Below, piece by piece: positions 29,097-38,877 of a DNA stretch of 64,000 nt. The stretch is from a virus. The stretch lies in the IMG/VR virus record IMGVR_UViG_3300045988_010351; one strand, written 5' to 3'. Position numbers and translations under genes: made by a program. The notes beneath the pieces were generated by a model. That model saw nothing but the letters and a program-made list of their open reading frames with translations. It had not been told where the DNA came from and did not search any database. Position 1 is the stretch's first letter. Each line of letters opens with the position of its first letter.

Positions 29097-30314
29097 TTAT
29101 CTAGCTCTTTGTGTTTGTTGTGGGTCTACCCCCTGTCCTAGATTAGTAGAACTAATATTTCCTATTTGTATAGTAGAAGATAAATCTCCTGTATAAGCAG
29201 CCTTAGCTAATTCTACAGCTCTTTGTAAGATTTCAGAATGAATCTCTGCACTTAAAGCACAAGTTTGTTGTGTTTTCTGACCATTAATAGATAACCCTGC
29301 CTCAGTTAAATCTGTTAATATAATAGGAGTAGGATGAGCTAAGTATCTTAACTGATATTCTTTGAATATATTATTATACCCAAAAATTAAAACTAATGAA
29401 GTAGTATTATTGTCAGCCTCATTTTGAACTTTCCAAACTTGGTTTTTAGGAGGATTTTTGAAAGGCTTTGACATTACTCTTATATATTCAGTAGAAGTAA
29501 GAGGTACTATCTGCAACAATCTATCTTTATTAAAGACAGTATCATTGACTTTTACTTGGTCATTTATAGGAATAAATATATCAGTACCTTTAGCATAAGG
29601 AATTATAATATTGTTTTTATAATTCTCAGTAGTCCAATACGGAATAAATCTTACAAAATATTCAGTGTCCGAATCTAATTCAAAAGAATGTAGTAATGTT
29701 TTCTTAATCTTATTAGATAATCTACCATTCTTTTCTATAGTGTCTGAAGCCAATACTTCATCAAAATTTGTATAGCTAGCATCTTCATTAGTACTTCCTA
29801 TATACATACCTAAATATAAAACTTCAGTAACAACTCCATCTCCTGCATAATTAAAGGCAGATTCAACAACTTCTTTAGTAGGGATTTTTAAGAATAAAGT
29901 TCTTTTAGTGGTATCAAGATGATAATGTACATTATTATTTACATCTGCATCTCCTTTTGCATTTACATCCTGGTCTGATGTTTCAGTAATCAATTTACCT
30001 AACTCTTTAATTTTCTTTAGGTATCCTATTAAGTAACGAGTTATACCATTAGCTAATTTATTTACCTCACTATCAGAAAGGTACTTATAAATATACTTTC
30101 TATATAAAGTACTAAAGTCAACATTTCTCTTCAAAGAGCTATCGAATCCTTCAAAATCTTTATTACCTTTAGGAGTAAAATATCTTTTAACTATATCATC
30201 CTGTGCCCTAGTAAGAAAAACACTTTTTTCATACTCATCTAACCCAGGAGCTTGATTTGACATTACATTATTATATAGTATGTCAAACTCATTTGAAAAT
30301 TCTTCACAAGTCAT
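29097..30314 (-). CDS. 405-aa structural protein, long paralog of 28378..29091 (tandem duplication with a central insertion)
   Basis: Shares conserved N- and C-terminal segments with the downstream gene; see that entry. Confidence 0.6.
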   Translation of the reverse strand: MTCEEFSNEFDILYNNVMSNQAPGLDEYEKSVFLTRAQDDIVKRYFTPKGNKDFEGFDSSLKRNVDFSTLYRKYIYKYLSDSEVNKLANGITRYLIGYLKKIKELGKLITETSDQDVNAKGDADVNNNVHYHLDTTKRTLFLKIPTKEVVESAFNYAGDGVVTEVLYLGMYIGSTNEDASYTNFDEVLASDTIEKNGRLSNKIKKTLLHSFELDSDTEYFVRFIPYWTTENYKNNIIIPYAKGTDIFIPINDQVKVNDTVFNKDRLLQIVPLTSTEYIRVMSKPFKNPPKNQVWKVQNEADNNTTSLVLIFGYNNIFKEYQLRYLAHPTPIILTDLTEAGLSINGQKTQQTCALSAEIHSEILQRAVELAKAAYTGDLSSTIQIGNISSTNLGQGVDPQQTQRAR

Positions 30315-30315
30315 A

Positions 30316-31338
30316 TTACTTCAATTTAGCTTCCAAAGCAAACTTAACTTCTTGATGCTTAGGAGAGTTTAAGTATTTAGCTGCTACATTCAATGTAGGC
30401 TCTTCATTAGCCTCACAAAGTGGAGTATTGTCCTTTCTCAAGTATAGATAATTACCTCTATTAGAAATAAGACCTGCTTCTATAGCTTTCTTAATAAGAA
30501 CCTTTGTAGAAAGCATTGGGTCAGTAATAACCTTCAAGAATATCTTACTATCAGCCTGTATTAAGCTATTAACCTTAGTTTGTAAGAACTCAAGTTTAGC
30601 ATTCTGTGATGTTGGTCTACCATCAATAGTCTCAATAATAACTCTTAGTAGATCAATATTATCTTCAATCTTACCAAATTCCTTATAGCACATCATTGTA
30701 GTGCTCATGTTGTTCTTGGCAACCTTAGTTTCCTCACCTTCAGAAATAATAACAAACTGATAAGTAGCCTTAGGAGTATCTTGCAATGCTTGCAGTGAAG
30801 GAGCAATATAATCTTTGTTAGCTAATAGTATCTTGTATCTGATGTAATCCTCTGGGTCAGATAGATTGAAATAGTTATCCTGCTTTGTCAATCTTACCTT
30901 ATTAATACCATTCTCATTGGAATCATCCCAGAAGTTATCTACCTTCTTATAGATACTTAGTGCATTATATTCAAGGCCCATTATTTCCTCAAGAAATGCC
31001 TTTTCCTTGTCTGTAAGGACATTAACAAACATACCTGAAGATAGTCTTGGTACTACAAATGTTCTAACTGCACCTTCTGCCATACCTCCTGACAATACAT
31101 GCTTAGGGTTATTACCCCACATACCTGTCAGCTTAGGTACATGTCTTACAATAACTCTCTCATTTCTCAGACAACTAACTAAGGCATCATCAGATACCTC
31201 TATTTTCTTCTGTGTCTCCTTAGGTCTTTTTACAATAGCCTCTTCTTTTGGTACTTCCTGTAGTGGAGTCTCTGTATTGTCTATATCAAAGTTAGGTACA
31301 GTATAGTCCACCTTCTCTTCCATTTTCTTTTCTGCCAT
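30316..31338 (-). CDS. 340-aa hypothetical protein immediately downstream of the capsid gene
   Basis: ORF separated from the next gene by 2 nt. Confidence 0.5.
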   Translation of the reverse strand: MAEKKMEEKVDYTVPNFDIDNTETPLQEVPKEEAIVKRPKETQKKIEVSDDALVSCLRNERVIVRHVPKLTGMWGNNPKHVLSGGMAEGAVRTFVVPRLSSGMFVNVLTDKEKAFLEEIMGLEYNALSIYKKVDNFWDDSNENGINKVRLTKQDNYFNLSDPEDYIRYKILLANKDYIAPSLQALQDTPKATYQFVIISEGEETKVAKNNMSTTMMCYKEFGKIEDNIDLLRVIIETIDGRPTSQNAKLEFLQTKVNSLIQADSKIFLKVITDPMLSTKVLIKKAIEAGLISNRGNYLYLRKDNTPLCEANEEPTLNVAAKYLNSPKHQEVKFALEAKLK

Positions 31339-31358
31339 ATCTTCTCTTTAACTTATTG

Positions 31359-31398
31359 AAATAAAATAAGGGGAGGGAAGATTAACTTTCCTCCCCTT
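31359..31398 (-). terminator. strong rho-independent terminator after the major capsid gene
   Basis: Stem AAGGGGAGGGAAG / TTTCCTCCCCTT. Read on the minus strand it is followed by ATTTTATTTC. Confidence 0.6.
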
Positions 31399-31404
31399 TT
31401 ATCA

Positions 31405-32916
31405 TCAGCCCTGTAGAATTGCAGGGATTAGTGACATAGTTCTTGTTGGGTCAAGAACACAGATACCAAGAGTAGACATTCTGTGAATTACAGCAGAATC
31501 CTCATCAAATGACATGTAAGGATTACCCTTTTGACCTGTGAATGGGTTTCTTAGACCCCATTGATAACCTCTGTATTCATTATCACCCTTAATCTTACAC
31601 TTAAAGATATTAGGTTGGTCCATAGTACCAATGTACATAATATCATATCTGTAAGAGAATGCAACACCTCCATTTGGATGGAGAATCTTGTTTCTTACTG
31701 GGTCATCATAGAATGGGTCTACATCAATCTTAACTCTAACACCATTAGGAGCCTTGTACTCAACAAATTGGAAACCAGCACTCAATGAGTTTTGGTGCAA
31801 CTTAGATTGAGTCTTTTGAATAACACCAATAGAGCTGTTATCAAGAACAAACTGTGTCCAACCTGATACTGTCTTTAGTACTTCCTTATGGAATTGGATA
31901 GCACCTCTTTCACCAGTCTTAATCAAGAAGTATCTGTCTCCAAAGTCCAACTTAGAAGCAGAAAGCTCATATAGAGCATCTTCAAGAAGCTTCAAACTAA
32001 ATGTGTTGTAATACATAGTATTAGCAACTTCCATTTGCTCAAATAGACCAGCACCTGTCTTAATAACATTACCTGACTTACCAAAGTTCATGTACTCACC
32101 ATTGGCATTTCTGTTGCTTCTACCAAATGCAAGTGCATTGTTCTTGTACTCAGAGAATTGCTGCTCTACTTCCCAGTCTACATTGTGCATCCACATTGTA
32201 GCAACTGACTTAGTATATCTACCCTCAGTTTCCTTAACAATAGGAATACCTACAGCCAGCTTCTTATTCAACATAGAGCCTGGAACCTTGTGTTGGATTC
32301 TTATTACAGACCACTCATTTCTCATAGAAACAGGGCTTGTAAATCTTACATCACCAACCTTTCTTGAAAGTTCCTTCTCAACAAATGCAGCTTCAACTGA
32401 GAATCTCTCACCTGCAAGCAGTCTCTCAGGTGGAACACCTGCTGTATTACCACCAGCAAGCTCTACCTTATACACTGCATTAGTACCCTCCATTCTTGGG
32501 TCTCCAAGTATTCTGAACTGATAGATTTCATTCAGATTACCTACAATGTACTCACCATCAGCAAACCAATCCTCTGGGAATACAAGATAGAAAGGAGCAG
32601 TACCTACTCCAACCATAGTACTAGCTTCTGTAACAACATTGCCATCTTCATCTCTTGCTTCTACAAGAGGAATATTTCTTCTTGAAGAACCAATAACATC
32701 CCAATAATACTCATTATCATCTTCAAACTCTTTTGTTGGGAATTGATTTAGGAATGTGTCAAGTGTCTTTCCTCTGTAATAAGCCAACAATTGCACCATT
32801 AGGTTTGTAGCCTTCTGTGGAGCTAACTGAAAGATAGAACCAAGGTGGTTTTCCTTAGTAAGACCCTTCCAGTGCTGGAAGCCTACCATTTGAAACTTAC
32901 CTAATTTTCCAGCCAT
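31405..32916 (-). CDS. major capsid protein candidate (503 aa)
   Basis: Size is typical of HK97-fold major capsid proteins of large podoviruses. It is followed by the strongest terminator in the operon and lies downstream of a scaffold-like acidic protein, portal and terminase. Called from position and size only. Confidence 0.55.
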   Translation of the reverse strand: MAGKLGKFQMVGFQHWKGLTKENHLGSIFQLAPQKATNLMVQLLAYYRGKTLDTFLNQFPTKEFEDDNEYYWDVIGSSRRNIPLVEARDEDGNVVTEASTMVGVGTAPFYLVFPEDWFADGEYIVGNLNEIYQFRILGDPRMEGTNAVYKVELAGGNTAGVPPERLLAGERFSVEAAFVEKELSRKVGDVRFTSPVSMRNEWSVIRIQHKVPGSMLNKKLAVGIPIVKETEGRYTKSVATMWMHNVDWEVEQQFSEYKNNALAFGRSNRNANGEYMNFGKSGNVIKTGAGLFEQMEVANTMYYNTFSLKLLEDALYELSASKLDFGDRYFLIKTGERGAIQFHKEVLKTVSGWTQFVLDNSSIGVIQKTQSKLHQNSLSAGFQFVEYKAPNGVRVKIDVDPFYDDPVRNKILHPNGGVAFSYRYDIMYIGTMDQPNIFKCKIKGDNEYRGYQWGLRNPFTGQKGNPYMSFDEDSAVIHRMSTLGICVLDPTRTMSLIPAILQG

Positions 32917-32957
32917 AAAAATTTAATTTATTAGTTATTGTACTCTATATTATAGGC

Positions 32958-34124
32958 TTAGACATCAAGATTCCAACCCTTTCCTATAAAGGATTCAGGG
33001 TCCTCGTCAACTCCACTTACAAACTTTAGATTACCATCTGAGGTTCTTGCTGTGTTGTTGAGAGTATGTTCTAGTTCTCTAAGACCTTTCTTTACCTCTT
33101 TTTTTACTTTACCTTTCACCAAACCATCAAGGTTCTTAAAGCCATCAGTTAGTGTGAAAAGTAACCCAATGTTCTTTAGGAAGTCTGTCCTGTTCTCCAT
33201 CTCATACTTTTGGATAGCAGTAAAGTACTCTCCTGTCTCTGGGTCTTTATATACAGGCTTAGCTATGTTATCATAAATCCTCTGTCTTGTTGATTTATCT
33301 ACTGATAAATCTCCAAACACATCCTTATCATTAAGGATTGAGGACTTAAGCTTTTCAGCCTGTTCTTTTCTTTCTTTCTCTTCCTGTTCTGCTTCTGACT
33401 TAGCATCATTAACAAGTTCATCATACTTATCTCTGAAGAAGTCAATATTACTTTGCAAAGCCTCTTTTGCATCATCAATATCAGTACCAGCATTGAAAGA
33501 CTTCTGTACTTCTCTTGCAGCCCTTTCCTTACTGTAACCTCTATTGATAAAGTCTTGATAAATTAGGTTTTTTCTAAGGTTTTCCCCCTTATCACTTTCA
33601 TCAGAGATGCTTTCATTATTAACAGAGTCTAAGAAGTTTATAGTATTCTCATATCTTCTAATCTCTGTAGGTTCAACTCCAACATTCAAGGCTTCATTAA
33701 TTCTTTTTTGTCTTTCATCAAGACCTGCCTTTATCTGTTGGTCAATCAAATCTCTAAAGTCTTCAGGGTCTTTAACCTTAGATAAACCCTCATCATCAAG
33801 GTCTGGGAAGATACCTTCCTCTTTCAAGGCTTTGGCAATGGAAGAGTAGAAGTTTTTGGGAGAAGTGCCATCCCCTTTAGGAGTGGTATCTTCCTTTTCC
33901 TCTGTATTTTCTTTTCCACTACCTACGCTCTCTGGTGTATCAGTAAACAAGTTATCTACATCAACAACCTCAGTAGTTTCTTCTTTATCCTTACTTGGCT
34001 CCTCCTCTTTCTTGGGAGGTTCCCCATTTGCAGGTGGGGTGTCCTGTGTTTCACCATCTTCTACAAACAGATTCTCAATCTCCTCTGCTCCTAAGATGTT
34101 ATCTAAGCTAAGTTCTTCTTCCAT
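32958..34124 (-). CDS. 388-aa highly acidic, Lys/Glu-rich protein (scaffolding-like)
   Basis: Low-complexity EEK-rich N-terminal half, directly upstream of the capsid gene. Confidence 0.5.
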   Translation of the reverse strand: MEEELSLDNILGAEEIENLFVEDGETQDTPPANGEPPKKEEEPSKDKEETTEVVDVDNLFTDTPESVGSGKENTEEKEDTTPKGDGTSPKNFYSSIAKALKEEGIFPDLDDEGLSKVKDPEDFRDLIDQQIKAGLDERQKRINEALNVGVEPTEIRRYENTINFLDSVNNESISDESDKGENLRKNLIYQDFINRGYSKERAAREVQKSFNAGTDIDDAKEALQSNIDFFRDKYDELVNDAKSEAEQEEKERKEQAEKLKSSILNDKDVFGDLSVDKSTRQRIYDNIAKPVYKDPETGEYFTAIQKYEMENRTDFLKNIGLLFTLTDGFKNLDGLVKGKVKKEVKKGLRELEHTLNNTARTSDGNLKFVSGVDEDPESFIGKGWNLDV

Positions 34125-34153
34125 ATTCTTCTACCTTTTTATTCTTAAAACTG

Positions 34154-34170
34154 TGCAAAGGTAAGCAAAG
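34154..34170 (-). promoter_or_regulatory. conserved promoter motif (plus-strand TGCAAAGGTAAGCAAAG; minus-strand -7 box TACCTTTG)
   Basis: One of at least five copies of GCAAAGGTAAG placed upstream of minus-strand operon starts. Confidence 0.45.
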
Positions 34171-34237
34171 TTTTACACACTTACAATATAGTAAATAAAT
34201 TATTTATTCTTAGCATATAAAATACCTTAGATATAGG

Positions 34238-34269
34238 TAAAAAGAAAGGGTAAGATTATCTCTTACCCT
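34238..34269 (-). terminator. rho-independent terminator after the 209-aa gene
   Basis: Stem AGGGTAAGA / TCTTACCCT. Read on the minus strand it is followed by TTCTTTTTACC. Confidence 0.55.
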
Positions 34270-34276
34270 CATTTTG

Positions 34277-34906
34277 TTAGTACTTTCCAAGATATTCTAC
34301 TACCTTGTTTTCAGCTTTACAATCTGCATCCTTAAACCAGAATACAATAGCAGATTCAACTATTTTCTGTTCTATACCATCACCAAACCAGTTCTTAAAC
34401 AGTTCTGCATAGTCATGGTACTGAGAGTTGATTGCAACATATACATCAGCAACTGTAGCAGATGTGGGAAGTATTCCCCTATATCTTTCACAAATTTCCT
34501 TTGCTTTGTACATATCAAACTTCTCACCACTATACTTTCTGCCATTCTCAGTATGATACATATCAGCTACAAGATACTTAGCTTCAGATTCAGTAAAGTG
34601 TTCACTCTCTGAACCTCTCATTGAGTTCCTCATGTATCTCATCATCCTATCCATATCACCACTTCTCATGCCAGACTCATTGAATCTATCACCTCTTGAA
34701 TCAAACATATCCATGGACTCATCAGGTCTATTATGTCCTCTCATATAGAAGTCATCCATAGGCATAAAGTCTCCTTCCCTGCCATGTCTCATTGAACTTC
34801 TCCTATATTTATCCATAAAATCCTTGAATTTATCCATGAACTCATGCTCATTCATACCACCCATACCTTTCTTCTTTAGGTACTCATACATCATAAGTTC
34901 ATCCAT
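34277..34906 (-). CDS. 209-aa Met/Asp/Arg-rich hypothetical protein
   Basis: ORF with unusual repetitive M/R/D composition. Confidence 0.5.
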   Translation of the reverse strand: MDELMMYEYLKKKGMGGMNEHEFMDKFKDFMDKYRRSSMRHGREGDFMPMDDFYMRGHNRPDESMDMFDSRGDRFNESGMRSGDMDRMMRYMRNSMRGSESEHFTESEAKYLVADMYHTENGRKYSGEKFDMYKAKEICERYRGILPTSATVADVYVAINSQYHDYAELFKNWFGDGIEQKIVESAIVFWFKDADCKAENKVVEYLGKY

Positions 34907-34910
34907 ATTC

Positions 34911-35291
34911 TTAGTCTTTAGTGATTAACATTTCCTTGAAAGTCTCTAAATCTGTCATATTCAATACCAGCCTTTTGTTAGTTAATGGAAGATTGAATTT
35001 AATCTCTCCTCCACCAATCTCTATGTCTCCAACAAATGAGGTCTTGAAGGTGAACGGGTTAGTAGTCATCAGATTCTCCATCATTTCAGCGAGGATATTC
35101 TCAATGTCTATATTACCATCCTTATCAGCTATAAGGTCTAAAGCCTTACTTACCTTACTGAAGTTCTTATCCAATGCTCTTGTAATAAGAGGTTTCATAA
35201 AACCAATCATAGGATTAGTCTTAGCCATAGATTCCAACTGAAGTGAGATATAAGACTTCAGATTATCAGTCAATTGCATAATAGTCACCAT
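34911..35291 (-). CDS. 126-aa hypothetical protein
   Basis: ORF. Confidence 0.5.
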   Translation of the reverse strand: MVTIMQLTDNLKSYISLQLESMAKTNPMIGFMKPLITRALDKNFSKVSKALDLIADKDGNIDIENILAEMMENLMTTNPFTFKTSFVGDIEIGGGEIKFNLPLTNKRLVLNMTDLETFKEMLITKD

Positions 35292-35293
35292 AA

Positions 35294-35797
35294 TTACATA
35301 CTTGCTTTAATAAATTCTTCATAAGTCACTTCAGGGTGTGTCTTACTGAACTCCCTAAACTTCCTAAACATTTCCATTTCCCTATTAGTCTCTTGAATAA
35401 TTTTTCCTTTTAACTTCTTGACTATCTTCAATTGCCTTTGTAGCAGTTCTTTACCTTCTGGAGTAGCCTCAATTCTACCTTTAACAAGGTTAAGAATTTC
35501 TGCTTGAACCATATCCTGTATCTTAGTATAAGTATCTACATAGTCCTCATCTTGAAGCATTCTTGTCTTCTGTTCATCTGTCATAGGGCCTATTTCAGCA
35601 TCTATTTCATCCCATATCATTCTTTGTGGTACAGGTTGCTGAACAGGTTGGACTTGTTGCCTCAACTGCTTTGCAGCCTCAAGGTTTTGTTTATACTTCT
35701 CAATAAGCTGTAATTGCTCATCCAGACTATTACCTACCATACTATTACCCAGTAGTGGGTCCCCTCCTCCTAATATTACTTGATTTACTGGAATCAT
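35294..35797 (-). CDS. 167-aa hypothetical protein
   Basis: ORF. Confidence 0.5.
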   Translation of the reverse strand: MIPVNQVILGGGDPLLGNSMVGNSLDEQLQLIEKYKQNLEAAKQLRQQVQPVQQPVPQRMIWDEIDAEIGPMTDEQKTRMLQDEDYVDTYTKIQDMVQAEILNLVKGRIEATPEGKELLQRQLKIVKKLKGKIIQETNREMEMFRKFREFSKTHPEVTYEEFIKASM

Positions 35798-35852
35798 ATC
35801 TATATATTTTTAAGATTAGTATTGAATAGTAAGGGGGAATTACCCCCTTACT

Positions 35853-36641
35853 TTAGACAGTTGCAGCAGTGCCACTAACTACTCTTGGGCAACCACATTG
35901 GTTAGCACCAACATAACCTGTGACTGTAGGAGTGTTAGGTAGGCATACTTCACCATAAATAGCCTTGCAAGTCTTTCTGTCAGTATAGTTAATACCAGCA
36001 GTAAATGCCTTGTCAATCTCACATTGGATAAGCTTATCTTGGTAAGGTCTTACAGCAGCATTAATAGCTACCTGAGCCTTCAAATCACTTAGCTCCTTTC
36101 TAATACCATCATCTGCATCTCTCTGAGACTTATACAGATTGAAAGCATCTTGGTTTTGCTTTGCAGACATTACATCAAAGTTGTCTCTTGTGCTCTTGTA
36201 TAAACCAAAGTCAGCATCAACCTGGCCCTTCCACAAGCTAAATAGCTCTGAGTTCAAAGTCTGTCTGTCAGCAAATCTATTATTCTGATAGTTCAAAGCC
36301 TGATTATAGATAGCCCCTTGTAGAGCTAAAGCATCTTCACAGCTCTTTTCCCATGCTTGGAAAGCAGAAGGAGAAGTTATACCATTAGCTGTTCCAAGAC
36401 CAGTCTCAAGACCATTAATATTAATGTTTGAGCCTCCCATACCTGAACCTGCAAGACCTAATAGTCCACTGCTTCTTCTATTACCAAATAATGCCCAAGC
36501 ACCAAGGGCAGTACCTATGATACCAAGAGTAAGACCTGCATTAGCTTTGCCATTAACATCTCTTCTACCATAACCATAGCCATAGCAGCCATCAGTAGGA
36601 ACTTCCTTTACCTTTTCTACTTGCTTCTCAATTATTTCCAT
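35853..36641 (-). CDS. 262-aa protein with a Gly-rich N-terminal segment
   Basis: ORF followed by the hairpin TAAGGGGG / CCCCCTTA just after its stop. Confidence 0.5.
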   Translation of the reverse strand: MEIIEKQVEKVKEVPTDGCYGYGYGRRDVNGKANAGLTLGIIGTALGAWALFGNRRSSGLLGLAGSGMGGSNININGLETGLGTANGITSPSAFQAWEKSCEDALALQGAIYNQALNYQNNRFADRQTLNSELFSLWKGQVDADFGLYKSTRDNFDVMSAKQNQDAFNLYKSQRDADDGIRKELSDLKAQVAINAAVRPYQDKLIQCEIDKAFTAGINYTDRKTCKAIYGEVCLPNTPTVTGYVGANQCGCPRVVSGTAATV

Positions 36642-36699
36642 AGTAGCAATTTTTGAAATTAGTTATTGTTTTATCTCTCTTATTGTAAGCTTACATGTA

Positions 36700-36707
36700 C
36701 AAAGGTA
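36700..36707 (-). promoter_or_regulatory. conserved promoter motif copy (CAAAGGTA; minus-strand TACCTTTG)
   Basis: ACAAAGGTAAGTAATA lies upstream of the 35853..36641 start. Confidence 0.45.
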
Positions 36708-36797
36708 AGTAATATTTCTCAGGATGCCTATCAATGCTAAAGCCCCATATATCATATTGATATACAGGGCTTTTATTTAGCATTATGTTACTAGATT

Positions 36798-36827
36798 CAA
36801 AAAAAAGCAGCCTTATTTGGCTGCTCT
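36798..36827 (-). terminator. rho-independent terminator overlapping the stop of the 113-aa gene
   Basis: Stem AGCAGCC / GGCTGCT. Read on the minus strand it is followed by TTTTTTTT. Confidence 0.6.
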
Positions 36828-37154
36828 ATCATGTTTATAGAATACACTTACTATCTTGTCATATATGTAGGTTATAAGGTAAGCATCTACCTCATCATTA
36901 TCTTCTTGGGGAGTATATCCTATATATCTCCATATAGAGTTCTTTATGTGCTCAGCTTCATGGATAATGCTACTTCCCCTCTCAGAATTGATAGCTACAA
37001 GAGATGCTCCATATTGATTTATGGTTATAGCTTTGGCTTCCTGCTCCATTTCTTCTTTGGGCAAGAATCTCCCTAACTCCTCCCACTTGTCAAATATGAC
37101 TACAGTGAGTTTATAATTAAATATAGGTATTATCATCTTCTTTTGGGTTATCAT
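36813..37154 (-). CDS. 113-aa hypothetical protein
   Basis: ORF. Confidence 0.45.
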   Translation of the reverse strand: MITQKKMIIPIFNYKLTVVIFDKWEELGRFLPKEEMEQEAKAITINQYGASLVAINSERGSSIIHEAEHIKNSIWRYIGYTPQEDNDEVDAYLITYIYDKIVSVFYKHDRAAK

Positions 37155-37202
37155 ATTTTCTCCTCCTAAGTATTATATTATAAGTTCTCAATAGGCATAT
37201 TA

Positions 37203-37535
37203 CTAAGTAAGAGAGTGCTTCTTGCTGTGCAAGAGAGTGCTATTTCTACACTTCTTGACAAACTCGTCTAACTCTTTCTTAGACCAACTTAATTCTTTGA
37301 AGCCTATATCATGCTTACCTCTTGGTAACTTTCCCTCTCTGACATAGTTATCAAAAGTTGCTCTACTGACATTCAAATATTCACAAGCTGCATACTTGCT
37401 TAATCTCTTCTCCTTATCAGTAAACCTCTTCAAACTATCTACTATTTCAAGGGCTTCTCCCTCAGTTATATTTGAATTACCTGCATCAATATCATCTACT
37501 ATCTTTAACAGTAGGTTTCTTATGACTTTTAACAT
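37203..37535 (-). CDS. 110-aa helix-turn-helix DNA-binding protein (MerR/excisionase-like)
   Basis: LSKYAACEYLNVSRATFDNYVREGKLP is a typical HTH segment. Confidence 0.5.
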   Translation of the reverse strand: MLKVIRNLLLKIVDDIDAGNSNITEGEALEIVDSLKRFTDKEKRLSKYAACEYLNVSRATFDNYVREGKLPRGKHDIGFKELSWSKKELDEFVKKCRNSTLLHSKKHSLT

Positions 37536-37893
37536 ATAAGTATAATATTATAAACAATGAGATACCTGCTATTATCATTTGCAGGCATAAGTAGTTCAGA
37601 TTGCTTAGAGGCAGTATATAGTAATAGTCATAAATATTAATCATCCAAGTTACTACTATATAATGTAAGAACATTCTGTGATACTCACAGAATCTAAACA
37701 TGTATGAAGCTAAATATAGAAATACTAATGGAATTACAAAAATCCCTCCTATATAGCTTAACACACAAACATCCAAATTGAAATAAGACAGGATTGAATT
37801 ACATAGACAGCATAATGCCAACAACATTGGTATCATCTTGAGTAATACCAATCCTGCCTTATACAATGCTCTACTTTTTAAGCTTGCCTCCAC
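37492..37893 (-). CDS. 133-aa multi-pass membrane protein (holin candidate)
   Basis: Three to four hydrophobic helices; lies next to the putative endolysin. Confidence 0.45.
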   Translation of the reverse strand: MEASLKSRALYKAGLVLLKMIPMLLALCCLCNSILSYFNLDVCVLSYIGGIFVIPLVFLYLASYMFRFCEYHRMFLHYIVVTWMINIYDYYYILPLSNLNYLCLQMIIAGISLFIILYLYVKSHKKPTVKDSR

Positions 37894-37971
37894 AACTATA
37901 TCTCCTATGAGTCTTAGTAACTCCTGCTTTAGGAGTCATAGGCTTTGCTCTGCCAGTTCTTCTTGCCATGA

Positions 37972-38436
37972 TTATAAAATTTTAATTGTTATTTTTTCAC
38001 CTTTATCATGCCTCTCTTTAAGGAGCTTATATAACTCTTTGAAAGTTTCTCTGCTGTTTATTACTTGACCCTTAACTTTATTGACACCTACTAACAGGCA
38101 TCCTGCTGAGTCTTTATCAGTATTACCAGCATGAATAAGTATGCCTTCAAATCCTTTTACATTAAGTAGCCTTGGCACTTTACCATTACATACCTGCTTG
38201 TAGAAACTATTAGTGCAGTACTTAGGAGAAATTACATCTAAAGTAATCTCATAAGTACCTCTTGGTATAGCTGTAATTGAGGGCTTCTTCAGCTCCCTAA
38301 TCTTAGCTATGCTCATAGAACTGTCAAGCCCTCTATCAGCATCTTCAAGCACATTACAGAACCATTTTCCATCAATAGTAAGATTACTTATTGTATAGGT
38401 CGGTTTCTTATATTTTCTATCTATGACTATTTTCAT
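37972..38436 (-). CDS. 154-aa putative cell-wall peptidase (YkuD/L,D-transpeptidase-like His...Cys arrangement); endolysin candidate
   Basis: ILIHAGNTDKDSAGCLLVG resembles the H...[ST]xGC catalytic motif of L,D-transpeptidase-fold enzymes. It sits in a cluster with membrane, spanin-like genes. Confidence 0.4.
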   Translation of the reverse strand: MKIVIDRKYKKPTYTISNLTIDGKWFCNVLEDADRGLDSSMSIAKIRELKKPSITAIPRGTYEITLDVISPKYCTNSFYKQVCNGKVPRLLNVKGFEGILIHAGNTDKDSAGCLLVGVNKVKGQVINSRETFKELYKLLKERHDKGEKITIKIL

Positions 38437-38438
38437 AT

Positions 38439-38873
38439 CTAAGATTCTATAATATTAGCAGTAATCGAAGCTCCTATTTCAAAGTGAGGTAATGGAATAA
38501 GGAACTTTGTGTCATAACTAACTTTTGCAAAAGTTGAAAACACTTTATTATCATAACATATTGTAAAATTAATGGTAAAAGTCTCTGATTTAGAAAGAGC
38601 AGTCTTTTCTATAAGTCCCCTAATTACAGTAGTTTTTCCACTCTGAATAATATTAAGATTAGCTACTAATGGTCTATCTATTTCAATATTTACTTTTCTA
38701 GTTCCTATGGAATCAGTTAAGTTGACTAGTAATTGCTGACCACTATTCTTTATAAAAGTTATAGGAACTAAGTCTACTGATTTATTTAGCAATAGAATCT
38801 CATCATTCCTAACTAAATTGGGGTCTCCCTCTACAATTCTTCTTTTCCCTATTGTCTTTACTATCCTTTTCAT
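38439..38873 (-). CDS. 144-aa hypothetical protein
   Basis: ORF. Confidence 0.45.
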   Translation of the reverse strand: MKRIVKTIGKRRIVEGDPNLVRNDEILLLNKSVDLVPITFIKNSGQQLLVNLTDSIGTRKVNIEIDRPLVANLNIIQSGKTTVIRGLIEKTALSKSETFTINFTICYDNKVFSTFAKVSYDTKFLIPLPHFEIGASITANIIES

Positions 38874-38877
38874 TTAT

